Positions 1-9,592 of a DNA stretch of 64,000 nucleotides are shown here, piece after piece (positions within the stretch are counted from its first letter, which is position 1; each line of letters opens with the position of its first letter). Origin of the DNA: an uncultured Desulfovibrio sp. (GTDB taxonomy: Bacteria; Desulfobacterota; Desulfovibrionia; Desulfovibrionales; Desulfovibrionaceae); the NCBI GenBank assembly GCA_913063155.1, contig CAJXYU010000009.1:75760-139759 (forward strand). Reading direction: 5' to 3'. Made by a program: the position numbers and the translations under genes. The notes below the pieces were generated by a model. It was not told where the DNA came from, did not search any database, and saw only the letters and a program-made list of their open reading frames with translations.

Positions 1-1209
1 CAGATCTTCGCCCTCGGCGTACATGCCGCTGGCCTGCCATGCGCCGATACCCAGGAATACGGCCTCGTAGCCGTCCGCCTTCAGGGAGTCGATGTCGTAG
101 TCTTTCCCGAACTTGGATTTCAGGCGCACGTCGATGCCCAGATCAAGGATGCCTTGGATTTCCCAATCCAGATCTGACTTGGGCAGCCGGTATTCCGGAA
201 TGCCGTAGCGAAGCTGTCCGCCCAGGGCGGGCATGGCGTCGAAGATCGTGGGGTTGTGTCCCAGTCTGCGCAGGAAATAGGCGCAGGAAAGCCCGGCCGG
301 TCCGCCGCCGATGACGGCAATCCTGCGGCCCGTGTCCTTGGCGCAGGGAATGGACAGGTGCGAGCCGGAATGCATCTCCCGGTCGGCCACGAATCGTTTG
401 AGCATGTTGATGCCCACGGGCGCGTCCACGTGCGAGCGACGGCAGGCCGTTTCGCAGGGGCGTGGGCAGACGCGTCCGCAGGCGATAAGCAGCGGATTGC
501 GTTCACGGATGGTGTTCACCGCTCCCTCGAAGTCGCCGGCCTTTACCTGCTCGATGTAGCGGGGAATGTTGATCTGTCCCGGGCATTTCTGTCGGCATGG
601 AGCCAGGCAGTCGGTGGTTTCGTTGAGGTGCAGCAGTCGGCTGGACATACTGACCACGGAGATGACTCCGCGCGGGCAGGCGTCCGCGCATTTGCCGCAG
701 GCCCTGCATTCGTTGGGGTTGACCACGGGCAGGCCTTCGGGCCCCATGTGGATGGCGTCGAAGGGGCAGACGCTGACGCATGTGCCCAGGCCCAGGCAGC
801 CTTCCGGGCATATCTTGGAGCCGCCGTGCAGCATGTGCGCTGCCTGGCAGTCCATGACGCCCTTGTAGGCGAAGCGTTCCTCGGCCCGTGCGCCTCCCGT
901 GCAGTCGCGGAAGGCGATTTCCGGTTCCCGTTCTTCAATTTCCTGGCCCATGATGGATGCGATGGCGGCCATGGATTCCAGGTCGGCGACAACACAGGCC
1001 CCGGCTGCGGCCTTGCCCGCCACAATGGCCGCAGCGCATCCCGAGCAGCCGGGGAAGCCGCAACCGCCGCAGTTGGCGCCGGGCAGCAGATCCTCGACCT
1101 TGGCGATGCGCGGATCCTCCTTGACGAAGAGAAGTTTGGAGGCCACGGCCAGCACGGTGGAAGCGCCCAGTCCCAGGCCGAACAGAGTCAGTGCGGAAGT
1201 GGTGATCAT
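1..1209 (-). CDS. rnfB: RnfB (Fe-S subunit of the Rnf complex) fused to a GltD/NfnB-like NAD(P)H-FAD oxidoreductase module. Partial: the C-terminus lies beyond the left edge.
   Basis: My own translation of the reverse strand: ATG at 1209, frame open for 403 codons to position 1. It is absent from the ORF track because there is no stop in the window. It has an N-terminal TM helix, CGGCGFPGCSGC, and the ferredoxin motifs CLGLGTCVSVCP and CRACGKCADACP. These are followed by CRQKCP...GRVCPRPCETACRR and IAVIGGGPAGLSCAYFLRRLGH...GGQLRYGIPEYRLP (GltD-type). Confidence 0.8.
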   Translation of the reverse strand, partial: MITTSALTLFGLGLGASTVLAVASKLLFVKEDPRIAKVEDLLPGANCGGCGFPGCSGCAAAIVAGKAAAGACVVADLESMAAIASIMGQEIEEREPEIAFRDCTGGARAEERFAYKGVMDCQAAHMLHGGSKICPEGCLGLGTCVSVCPFDAIHMGPEGLPVVNPNECRACGKCADACPRGVISVVSMSSRLLHLNETTDCLAPCRQKCPGQINIPRYIEQVKAGDFEGAVNTIRERNPLLIACGRVCPRPCETACRRSHVDAPVGINMLKRFVADREMHSGSHLSIPCAKDTGRRIAVIGGGPAGLSCAYFLRRLGHNPTIFDAMPALGGQLRYGIPEYRLPKSDLDWEIQGILDLGIDVRLKSKFGKDYDIDSLKADGYEAVFLGIGAWQASGMYAEGEDL

Positions 1210-1222
1210 ATCTGCGTTCCTC

Positions 1223-1804
1223 CTAGATCATGCCTTTGAAGGCGAAGAAGGCCAGGGACATGAGCCCGGCCATGACCAACCCCACGGGCGTGCCGCGCAT
1301 GGCTCTCGGAACCCGGCGTATTTCCAGCTTTTCGCGAATGCCGGCCAGCACCACCAGGGCGAGCATGAATCCCAGGCCCGAGGCGGTGGCGAAGGCCACG
1401 GCTTTCACGAATCCGAATTCGTTGCGTTGGCAGATGAGCGCGATGCCCATGACCGCACAGTTGGTGGTGATGAGCGGAAGGAAAATGCCCAGCGATTTGT
1501 ACAGGGGCGGGACCATTTTCTTGAGAAACATCTCCACGAACTGCACCAGGGAGGCGATGACCAGGATGAAGGCCAGGGTCTGGAGGAAGCCGAGGCCCAG
1601 CGGCGCCAGCAGGTACTCCTGTACCAGCCAGGTGATGGCCGCGGCCATGACGGCCACGAAGACCACGGCCCCTCCCATGCCGATGGCCACGCTGGTCTCC
1701 TTGGAGGTGCCTATGAACGGGCAGTTGCCCAGGTATTGGGCCAGGACGATGTTGTTGACGAATATGGCGGCTATGAACAGCAGAAAATACTCTTGCATCG
1801 TCAT
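1223..1804 (-). CDS. rnfA: Rnf complex subunit A
   Basis: 193 aa polytopic protein with RnfA/NqrE-type sequence (FVNNIVLAQYLGNCPF, LPLITTNCAVMG). Position in the rnf gene order. Confidence 0.95.
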   Translation of the reverse strand: MTMQEYFLLFIAAIFVNNIVLAQYLGNCPFIGTSKETSVAIGMGGAVVFVAVMAAAITWLVQEYLLAPLGLGFLQTLAFILVIASLVQFVEMFLKKMVPPLYKSLGIFLPLITTNCAVMGIALICQRNEFGFVKAVAFATASGLGFMLALVVLAGIREKLEIRRVPRAMRGTPVGLVMAGLMSLAFFAFKGMI

Positions 1805-1810
1805 ATCCTC

Positions 1811-2479
1811 CTATTTGGAACCGCAGGCGCCACAGGAACCGCAGTCGTGCGTGGGACCGTCGATGGGAGCCAGTCCCTTGCGCTTGCGTTGCAGGTTGGT
1901 GAAATAGTTCATGGCACAAAGCAGCAGCCCGAGGGAGACGAAGGCCCCGGGCGCTTCGGCCATGAAACTGACCGGTTCGAATCCGGCCCAGGCCACGTGA
2001 TGTCCGAAGAGTTGTCCATGGCCGAAGAACTCCCGCAGGCCGCCCAGGAAAGTCAGGGACATGGTGAAACCGATTCCCATGCCCAGACCATCGGCAATGG
2101 CCGGCAGAGGCGGGTTCTTGGAGGCGAAGGCCTCGGCCCGGCCCAGGATGATGCAGTTGACCACGATGAGTGGAACGAAGATGCCGAGTTGCTGATAGAG
2201 AGGGTAAACATAGGCCTGCATGAGCAGTTCCACGGCCACCACCAGGGAGGCGGCGATGACGATGAAGCAGGCGATGCGAACCTTGGCCGGGATAAGATTG
2301 CGTACCAACGAGACCAGCAGGTTGGACAAGGTGAGCACGAAGATGACCGCCATGCCCATGCCGAAACCGTTTTCGGCAGTGGAGGTAACGGCCAGTACCG
2401 GGCAAAGCCCCAGCACCAGCTTGAACGGCGGCAGATCCTTCCAGAGCCCCTTGGAGAATTCCTTCCAGAGTTTGTTCAT
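1811..2479 (-). CDS. rnfE: Rnf complex subunit E
   Basis: 222 aa with RnfE/NqrD-type sequence (LGLCPVLAVT, VPLIVVNCIILGRAEAFA). Gene order. Confidence 0.95.
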   Translation of the reverse strand: MNKLWKEFSKGLWKDLPPFKLVLGLCPVLAVTSTAENGFGMGMAVIFVLTLSNLLVSLVRNLIPAKVRIACFIVIAASLVVAVELLMQAYVYPLYQQLGIFVPLIVVNCIILGRAEAFASKNPPLPAIADGLGMGIGFTMSLTFLGGLREFFGHGQLFGHHVAWAGFEPVSFMAEAPGAFVSLGLLLCAMNYFTNLQRKRKGLAPIDGPTHDCGSCGACGSK

Positions 2480-2490
2480 GACAACCTCCG

Positions 2491-3072
2491 TTACGGCCAG
2501 GTCTTGGCTATTTCGGGTTTCAGGGCGTCAAAGAGCTTTGCGGCTTCCTGCACGGCGGTCACCGTGCCTGTTGAGGAGATGGTGGCCCCGGCAATGGCGT
2601 CAATGTCTCCATTGTGAGCCTTGAGCCTGGCCCGTCCGGGAGACAGCCCTTTGAATTGGGAGGTGAAGCCGTGCTTGGCTATCCGCGCTCCGATGCCCGG
2701 GGTTTCCTTCATGGTGGTGATGCCTATGCCGGACAGGTTTCCGGATGCGGTGTCGAAACCGACCATGACCCCGATGTTGCCGCCATATCCCTTGCCGAAG
2801 ATTTCGAAGGCCAGACCCGTGAGTTTGCCGTCCTTCATGGCCGGAAAGAGAGTGATTTCATCTTCAGCGCCGGGACGGGCGAACTTCTTTCTGTCCTTGA
2901 TGGGATTGTTGTCGTAATCGTGCAGCACCTGAGTCAGGGACGGGGCCTGGACATAGGTGAGCACCTGTTCTTCGATCCGTGCCTCCGTAGCGTTCTTGAG
3001 GGCGGCCAGGGTCAGGCCCGAAAGACCGCAGATCACCGACAGAACGACCATCATCTTGATCATTTCCTTCAT
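2491..3072 (-). CDS. rnfG: Rnf complex subunit G (FMN_bind domain)
   Basis: 193 aa with an N-terminal anchor. The C-terminal flavinylation motif DAIAGATISS fits D-x-x-x-G-A-T. ATGA overlap with rnfD. Confidence 0.9.
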   Translation of the reverse strand: MKEMIKMMVVLSVICGLSGLTLAALKNATEARIEEQVLTYVQAPSLTQVLHDYDNNPIKDRKKFARPGAEDEITLFPAMKDGKLTGLAFEIFGKGYGGNIGVMVGFDTASGNLSGIGITTMKETPGIGARIAKHGFTSQFKGLSPGRARLKAHNGDIDAIAGATISSTGTVTAVQEAAKLFDALKPEIAKTWP

Positions 3073-4037
3073 GTCAGAGTCCTCCCTGCGGCCTTTTTGC
3101 CGAACGGTTTCGGCTTGATGCGGTCCAACAGCGGCGCAGCCAGGTTGGCCAGCAGGATGGCGTAGGGCGTACCGTCTGGATACACGCCGTAGACCCGGAT
3201 TATGATGACCAGGACTCCGGCCGTGAGCCCGAACAGGGCGGCCGGGATCTTGCGCATGGGCGAACTGGAGGGGTCAGTGGCCAGGAAAAAGGCTCCGAAT
3301 ATAACACTGCCTGTGAGCAGGTGGAACATGGGCGAGGCGTATTGTGCGGGATCGGCCATGCGGAACAGGCCTGCGGTGAGGAGTACGCCCGCGAGCATGC
3401 CTACGCTTACGCCCACCTTGATGTGCTTGCGGATGGCCAGAAACAGGCCGCCGATGAACAAGGCTCCGGTCTGCACTGCGCCCAACCCGCCGAGCTGCCT
3501 GCCCACCATGAGCGAGTCGAGGTCGTAACCCTTGATGGCTTCCACGCCGAAGTGTTTGAGTTGCGACAGCGGATAGTTGAGTTCAGACGTCAGCATGGAG
3601 GCGTTGATATCCATGTGCGCGGGCCAGGAAAGGCTGCACACGGCCCAGCCCACAAGCGGGGCGCAGAGGGGACTGCCGCCCAGGCCGCCGAAGATCATTT
3701 TGCCCATGATGATGCTCACGGCGCTGCCGAAGACGACCATCCACCATGGGGCGGAGGCGGGGAGCAGAAAGCTGAAGGTCAGGCCCACGGTGAAGGCGTG
3801 CAGGTCGTCCACCTGGGACCGGCGTTCCATGATCTGATCGCAGAGAAACTCGGCCACCACTGCGGCGGCCGCGCCCAGACACATGACGCGCAGGGCATCC
3901 ATGCCGAAGTGGTGCACCGCCAGCAGGGCTGCGGGCATCATGGCGATGAGTATGGCGCGCATGCGGCCCTTCACGGTTTTTCCGCAATGGGCGTGGGGTG
4001 GCGCAGTGACGGTCAGGGTAGGGGGCAACGGTTTCAT
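3069..4037 (-). CDS. rnfD: Rnf complex subunit D
   Basis: NqrB/RnfD-like polytopic protein. I placed the start at MKPLPPTLTV (ATG 4037), one base after the rnfC stop. The longer track ORF (to 4292) overlaps rnfC and is Arg/Pro/Ala-rich junk. Confidence 0.9.
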   Translation of the reverse strand: MKPLPPTLTVTAPPHAHCGKTVKGRMRAILIAMMPAALLAVHHFGMDALRVMCLGAAAAVVAEFLCDQIMERRSQVDDLHAFTVGLTFSFLLPASAPWWMVVFGSAVSIIMGKMIFGGLGGSPLCAPLVGWAVCSLSWPAHMDINASMLTSELNYPLSQLKHFGVEAIKGYDLDSLMVGRQLGGLGAVQTGALFIGGLFLAIRKHIKVGVSVGMLAGVLLTAGLFRMADPAQYASPMFHLLTGSVIFGAFFLATDPSSSPMRKIPAALFGLTAGVLVIIIRVYGVYPDGTPYAILLANLAAPLLDRIKPKPFGKKAAGRTLT

Positions 4038-4038
4038 C

Positions 4039-5157
4039 CTATCCCTCCCTTTGGGGTTCGAGTTCGCACTGGGCGGCAAAGGCCAGATGTTGTTTTGCCA
4101 GCCGGATGTATTGGAGCAGGGGGCGGCGGGAGATGCAGAAGAACCCGCACATGCCGCATTCCATGCAGGCGTCGATGTCGTGGTCGGCGCATTTTTCGTA
4201 CATGCGGAACTCGGCATAGCCCGAAATGGTGGACGGATCGATGCGGGCCGGACAGACCTGAATGCATTCACCGCAGCCAATGCAGGGGGCATCGATCACT
4301 GCCGGGTATTCGCCTTTCCTGATCACGAACAGGCCGTAGGTGTTTTTGTCCACGCCCTGCTGCGGGGAGTGGGCCGCTTCGCCTCGCATGTGTCCGCCGA
4401 GTACCAGGGTGTCGCCGTCCCGCACGCTCAGGCCCGCCTCGGACAGGACTGTGTCGGCAGGAGTTCCGACGGTGACCACGAAGTTCCGCTCGTTGGCCGT
4501 GAGGACCACGTCCACGCAGGGCAGGCCTGTTTCCATGATTCGGCCCAGTTCGAATAGAGTTCCCACGGAGAGGACCACCGTGTCCTCAGGAGCTTCCTTG
4601 CCGGTGACGGCCGCAACCACCAGCGGATTCAATCCGTTGGGGTATCCCTCCTTGATATGGACGGGATCGCAGCCGTTCAGGCTGTTGGGTCTGCCTTGCT
4701 CCACGGCCAGGACGCATTTTGCGGGGTTATAGATTTTCCTGGCGGTCTCCAGACCCAGGCTCAGCACGCTGCCGAATTCAGTCAGCATGTGGGTGAAGGC
4801 CGTGACGCCCGGCTCCGGGTCCACACCGTTGATGATGAGGGTGTCGGTCGGACCCTGCGGGAGCTTGGCCCCCAATTCGCCGAGCACCTGCCGCAGAGCG
4901 TCGCCCCTGAGGCCGGACAAGTCCTTGGGCACGGGCTGTACTTCTTTGCCTGCCGTGATGCATATGTAATAAGGATGAACCTCGGTGATCGTGCCGGAAA
5001 TGGGAGCATAGCGTCCTCCGCCGATGTGGACGCCCCGGGCCACGTCCTGTCCGCACTGGACTTCCGGGCGGTGGCAGGACATGGGTACACGAACCACCTG
5101 GGGCGCGGGCAGGACCTTGAGGGGCCCCTCGCGGACGATGGATTCAAAAAGTTTCAT
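4039..5157 (-). CDS. rnfC: Rnf complex subunit C
   Basis: RnfC-like with two C-terminal 4Fe-4S motifs (CIGCGECIQVCP, CMECGMCGFFC). Start chosen at MKLFES (5157), preceded by GGAGAAA just after the dhcA stop. Starts at 5169 or 5232 remain possible. Confidence 0.85.
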   Translation of the reverse strand: MKLFESIVREGPLKVLPAPQVVRVPMSCHRPEVQCGQDVARGVHIGGGRYAPISGTITEVHPYYICITAGKEVQPVPKDLSGLRGDALRQVLGELGAKLPQGPTDTLIINGVDPEPGVTAFTHMLTEFGSVLSLGLETARKIYNPAKCVLAVEQGRPNSLNGCDPVHIKEGYPNGLNPLVVAAVTGKEAPEDTVVLSVGTLFELGRIMETGLPCVDVVLTANERNFVVTVGTPADTVLSEAGLSVRDGDTLVLGGHMRGEAAHSPQQGVDKNTYGLFVIRKGEYPAVIDAPCIGCGECIQVCPARIDPSTISGYAEFRMYEKCADHDIDACMECGMCGFFCISRRPLLQYIRLAKQHLAFAAQCELEPQREG

Positions 5158-5170
5158 GGCTTTCTCCATC

Positions 5171-5917
5171 TTATCGAATGTGACACTTGTTGCAGGAACC
5201 TTCGCCATAAGGTCCCCTGCCTTCCTTTTCATGGCAATCCATGCACTGGTCGTGGAAGGCGTTCATGCGGGTGAGCACGAGATCCTTGGTGGGACCGTCA
5301 TGGCATTGGGCGCATGAGGAATAGTCGCCCTGGTATAGGGTCATATCCACTTCCTTGTGGCAGGATTTGCAGCTGGTGAGCCCCTGCTCGAACATATCCT
5401 CGTGACAGGTGTGGCAGCGGGCGTGGGCGGCTTCGGCCAATCCCGGCATGTCCCCGTCCCGCTGGCCTTCGTGACAGTTGCCGCACTTTTGGGGTTCGGG
5501 CTCTATGCTCTCATCGTGGTGGCAGGACCGACAGTCGTCAGCATATTCTTCGTGTTCGTCATGGTCGAAGATGATTTCGTCGTATTCGGTATGGTGACAT
5601 TGCACACAGTATTGTTTGTCCGGAAAGGAGGCGATGTGCCTTTTTACGAAATCGTCGTCGAAGGCCACCGGATGACAGGAACCGCAGGCCAGGGTCTGTC
5701 CCCCTGCGCCTGCGCTTTCATGGTGGCATTCCGCACAGGCTATTTCGTAGTTTCGGTGGTGAACAAGGTGGGAGAAGATGACGTTGCCGCCGTTGTTCTT
5801 GAACAGAATCCTGACGGGCATCTCGGTTTTCGCTTCTGTTCTCATGTAACCCACCGCAGCCGTTGCCAGGAGCACGGCAACCGCGACGGCTGTTGGAACG
5901 TATCGCCTGTTAAACAT
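5171..5917 (-). CDS. dhcA: Decahaem cytochrome c, membrane-anchored or periplasmic
   Basis: Ten CxxCH motifs counted in 248 aa, with a hydrophobic N-terminus. It lies directly upstream of rnfC, as in Desulfovibrio rnf loci (from memory). Confidence 0.85.
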   Translation of the reverse strand: MFNRRYVPTAVAVAVLLATAAVGYMRTEAKTEMPVRILFKNNGGNVIFSHLVHHRNYEIACAECHHESAGAGGQTLACGSCHPVAFDDDFVKRHIASFPDKQYCVQCHHTEYDEIIFDHDEHEEYADDCRSCHHDESIEPEPQKCGNCHEGQRDGDMPGLAEAAHARCHTCHEDMFEQGLTSCKSCHKEVDMTLYQGDYSSCAQCHDGPTKDLVLTRMNAFHDQCMDCHEKEGRGPYGEGSCNKCHIR

Positions 5918-6017
5918 GTATATGTTCTCCGTGCGAGTTCAGCTCGGTTCAGGTTGATGTCCGTTTTGCAATTGCGGCGGCCATCCGGGGGGAAAGCCGC
6001 CGCAAAAAGGGGTGTTC

Positions 6018-7556
6018 CTATTTGGGGATCACCGCCCACTCAGGCAGGACGTGCAGATCGATGCCCCACAGGGCCGGGAGCAGGTAGACGGTGAACGCCG
6101 TGATGAGCAGGGTGCCGATGATGTTCAGCCACAGGCCTGCCTTGGCCATCTGTTTGATGGTGACGCAGCCGGAACCGAAGATGACCGCGTTGGGCGGGGT
6201 CGCCACCGGAAGCATGAATGCGAAGGACGCCGCAACGCATGCGCTCACGATGGTTGCGAAGGGGTGTACGCCCATGGCGATGGCGGCCGAGCCCATGATG
6301 GGAACCAACAGGGTCGCCGTTGCGGTGTTGGAGGTGATTTCCGTGAGGAAAATGGTGATGAGCACGACAGCGCCGACAAAAATGATGATGCTGGCTCCTT
6401 CCAGCCCGCTGAGCTGGCCGGCGATGTAAGTCGCCAGGCCGGTCTTGGCGAAACCGTTGGCGATGGCCAGGCCGCCGCCGAAGAGCAGGATCACGTCCCA
6501 GGGAATTTTGACCGCGGTTTTCCAGTCCAGGAGGAATTCGCCCTTTTTGAAGTTGGATGGGATGCAGAAAAGCAGGAGAGCGCCCAGGATACCTATGGTG
6601 GCGTCATGGATCATGCCGAAGTGAGGAATGGTGTCCTGCACCCAGGCCCATTTCTTCATGAAACCTCGGCACAGCCAGAAGGCGGCCACAAAGGAGCCGG
6701 TGAGCACGATGCGCATTTCTTCCTTCTTCATGGGGCCGAGCTTGTGCAGCTCTTCCTCGATGATGGCGCGGCCGCCCGCCAGTTCCATATCTCCGGTGGG
6801 GAACAGAACCTTGGTCATCAGCAGCCAGGAAATGGCGAGCATGATGACGGACAGGGGAACGCCGAACATCATCCACTGGCCGAAACCGATTTGTACCCCG
6901 AACATCTTTTCGACCATACCGACCATGACCGTGTTCGGCGGGGTGCCGATGATGGTGGCCACGCCCCCCATGGAGGCCGCGTAGGCGATACCCAGCATCA
7001 GGCCTTTGCCGAAATTGTATTCCGGGCCGGTGGAAGGGCAGGCCTTCAGAGTCTTGGAGTCGAAACCGGTGGCCTGCTGGATGACGGCCAGTCCGATGGG
7101 AACCATCATCATGGTGGTGGCCGTGTTGGATACCCACATGGACAGGAAGGCCGTGGCGATCATGAAGCCGAGAGTCATACGTCCCGGGCTGGTGCCGACC
7201 ATGCGGATGGTGTGGATGGCCACACGGCGGTGCAGATTCCATCGTTCCATGGTCACGGCGATGAAGAAGCCGCCCATGAACAGGTAGATGAGATGGTTGG
7301 CGTACGGTGCTGTAGCCGCGTTGGATTTCATGACCCCGAGCATGGGAAACAGGGCGATGGGCAAAAGCGATGTCGCCGGAATGGGAATCGCTTCGGTGAT
7401 CCACCAAATGGCCATCAGAACAGTGACTGCCGCCACTTTCCACGCCTCGGGTTTCATGCCTGCGGGTTCGGGCAGCAACAGCATGACGATGAAAATGGCG
7501 GGTCCAAGGAAGAACCCTATCTTTCTGCCGTTGCCTGCATCAGCGTTTGCACTCAT
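6018..7556 (-). CDS. DASS/SLC13-family anion:Na+ symporter (dicarboxylate or sulfate type)
   Basis: 512 aa polytopic protein. The N-terminal region (LMAIWWITEAIPIPATSLLPIALFP) is typical of DASS transporters. Last gene of the frd-fum-mae string. Confidence 0.85.
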   Translation of the reverse strand: MSANADAGNGRKIGFFLGPAIFIVMLLLPEPAGMKPEAWKVAAVTVLMAIWWITEAIPIPATSLLPIALFPMLGVMKSNAATAPYANHLIYLFMGGFFIAVTMERWNLHRRVAIHTIRMVGTSPGRMTLGFMIATAFLSMWVSNTATTMMMVPIGLAVIQQATGFDSKTLKACPSTGPEYNFGKGLMLGIAYAASMGGVATIIGTPPNTVMVGMVEKMFGVQIGFGQWMMFGVPLSVIMLAISWLLMTKVLFPTGDMELAGGRAIIEEELHKLGPMKKEEMRIVLTGSFVAAFWLCRGFMKKWAWVQDTIPHFGMIHDATIGILGALLLFCIPSNFKKGEFLLDWKTAVKIPWDVILLFGGGLAIANGFAKTGLATYIAGQLSGLEGASIIIFVGAVVLITIFLTEITSNTATATLLVPIMGSAAIAMGVHPFATIVSACVAASFAFMLPVATPPNAVIFGSGCVTIKQMAKAGLWLNIIGTLLITAFTVYLLPALWGIDLHVLPEWAVIPK

Positions 7557-7683
7557 ATCATCCTCTCTCTTGAGCTTGTGCAGCCGGGAGGCTGCATACG
7601 GAATCTCTTAATCCTCTGCCGTTGTCGGACCGGCTTCATGCGGCGGGGAGGGCCCTGTCCAGGGCCCTCCTCATGGCTGCGGT

Positions 7684-9003
7684 CTAGATGTCGATGCTAT
7701 AGGTCCCTCCGAATGTGCCTACCCGGTCCCTGGAGGCTGCCAGACGTTCCCGAAGTTCCTTGCGGTATTCGTCCAGGTCCAGTTTTTTGCGGGCGACGCC
7801 GGTTTCCATGGCCGCCTTGGCCACGGCTGCGGATTCCCACTCGATGAGCCGCAGGTCCAGCGGCTTGGGAATGATGTAGTCCATGCCGAATTCCAGCTTG
7901 TCCACGCCGAACGCTTCGCAGACGTAATCCGGAGCGGGCTCTTTGGCGAGGTCGGCAATTGCCCGGGCGGCGGCGATCTTCATTTCCTCGTTGATGGTGG
8001 TCGCGTTGACGTCCAGGGCGCCGCGGAAGATGAAGGGGAAGCCGAGCACGTTGTTGACCTGGTTTGGGAAGTCGGAGCGGCCGGTACCCATGATGCAGTC
8101 CGGGCGGGCTTCCTTGGCGTCGGTGTAGGTGATCTCCGGGTCCGGGTTGGCGCACGCGAAGATAATGGGGGAATCGGCCATGGACTTGACCATGTCCTTG
8201 GTGACCATGCCTTTGACGGACAGTCCCAGGAACAGGTCCGCCCCCTTCATGGCCTCGGCCATGTTCTTGTATTCCTTGGCCGTGGCGAATTCCTTTTTCT
8301 GTTCGTTGAGATCGATGCGGCTTTTGTTCAAATGCCCTCGCGAGTCGAACATGGCGATGTTTTCCGGCTTGATGCCCAGGGAGACGTAGAACTTGGTGCA
8401 GGCTATGGCTCCTGCGCCGGCGCCCGAAACCACCAGGCGCATGTCTTCGATCTTCTTGCCGGTGATTTCGGCCGCGTTGATGAGGCCCGCGCCGGAGATG
8501 ATGGCCGTTCCATGCTGGTCGTCATGGAAGACCGGGATGTTCATTTCCTCCTTGAGGCGTTCCTCGATGTAGAAGCACTCCGGGGCCTTGATGTCTTCAA
8601 GGTTGATACCGCCGAAGGTGGGCTCCAGGGCCTTGACGATTTCGATGATCTTGTCGGGGTCGGTTTCGGCCAGGTTGATGTCGAAGACGTCCACGTCCGC
8701 GAAGACCTTGAAGAGCACACCCTTGCCTTCCATGACCGGTTTGCCCGCTTCCGGGCCGATGTTTCCCAGGCCCAGGACGGCGGTGCCGTTGGAAACCACG
8801 GCCACCAGATTGCCGCGTCCGGTGTATTTGTATGCCAAATCCTTATCGCCGTGGATGGCCATGCATGATTCGGCGACACCCGGGCTGTAGGCCATGGACA
8901 GATGTTTCTGGGTTGCGCACGGTTTTACGGGCACGACTTCGATTTTTCCGGGTCTTCCTTCGGAATGGTAATCCAGAGCTTCCTGTTTGGTGAAGAGAGC
9001 CAT
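7684..9003 (-). CDS. NAD(P)-dependent malic enzyme (short form, no PTA domain)
   Basis: 439 aa. [15 protein letters not shown]...MAYSPGVA...[12 protein letters not shown] is typical of MaeB-type malic enzymes. Confidence 0.9.
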   Translation of the reverse strand: MALFTKQEALDYHSEGRPGKIEVVPVKPCATQKHLSMAYSPGVAESCMAIHGDKDLAYKYTGRGNLVAVVSNGTAVLGLGNIGPEAGKPVMEGKGVLFKVFADVDVFDINLAETDPDKIIEIVKALEPTFGGINLEDIKAPECFYIEERLKEEMNIPVFHDDQHGTAIISGAGLINAAEITGKKIEDMRLVVSGAGAGAIACTKFYVSLGIKPENIAMFDSRGHLNKSRIDLNEQKKEFATAKEYKNMAEAMKGADLFLGLSVKGMVTKDMVKSMADSPIIFACANPDPEITYTDAKEARPDCIMGTGRSDFPNQVNNVLGFPFIFRGALDVNATTINEEMKIAAARAIADLAKEPAPDYVCEAFGVDKLEFGMDYIIPKPLDLRLIEWESAAVAKAAMETGVARKKLDLDEYRKELRERLAASRDRVGTFGGTYSIDI

Positions 9004-9034
9004 TGTTTCCTCCGTATCAGGTGGTGTTTGCAGG

Positions 9035-9592
9035 TTATTCTATGCCGGCGGCCTTGCGGTCCGGCTGTACGTACAGTTCTCCGCCATGGGAGTCGTTGAT
9101 CACCAGCAGGGGGAAGTTCTCCACGGTGAGTTCGCGGATGGCTTCCGGTCCCAGATCGTCGAAGGCAATGACTTCGGCCTTGGTGATGCATTTGGAGAGC
9201 AGGGCGCCCGCGCCTCCGGTGGCTCCGAAGTATACGGCGGTGTGATCCTTGAGTGCCTGCCTCACTTCTTCATTGCGCTTGCCTTTTCCCACGCTGGCCT
9301 TCAGGCCCAAGCCGTGCAGGCGAGGAGCGTATGTGTCCATGCGGTAGCTGGTGGTGGGGCCTGCCGAACCGATGGGACGGCCCGGAGGGGCCGGACTGGG
9401 GCCCACGTAGTAGACCACCGCTCCCTGAAGCTCGAAAGGCAGTTTTTCACCCTTGTCCAGCAGGTCCACGAGCCGTTTGTGGGCTGCGTCGCGGGCCGTG
9501 TAGATGTGGCCGGTGAGTTTGACCACGTCCCCAGCCTTCAACTTGGCCAGATCCTCGTCCTTGAGCGGTGTTTTCAGTTCGTATTCAGCCAT
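9035..9592 (-). CDS. Class I (Fe-S) fumarate hydratase, beta / C-terminal-domain subunit
   Basis: 185 aa with Fumerase_C-like sequence ([14 protein letters not shown]...VVYYVGPSP). Start overlaps the alpha-subunit stop. Confidence 0.9.
   Translation of the reverse strand: MAEYELKTPLKDEDLAKLKAGDVVKLTGHIYTARDAAHKRLVDLLDKGEKLPFELQGAVVYYVGPSPAPPGRPIGSAGPTTSYRMDTYAPRLHGLGLKASVGKGKRNEEVRQALKDHTAVYFGATGGAGALLSKCITKAEVIAFDDLGPEAIRELTVENFPLLVINDSHGGELYVQPDRKAAGIE

Noticed and set aside
5967-5983. Sigma54-like element upstream of dhcA (minus strand TGGCCGCCGCAATTGCA).
   Set aside because: The GG-to-GC spacing is one nucleotide too long (12 instead of 11), and the -24 box is poor. The sequence also forms part of a GC hairpin after the DASS gene.
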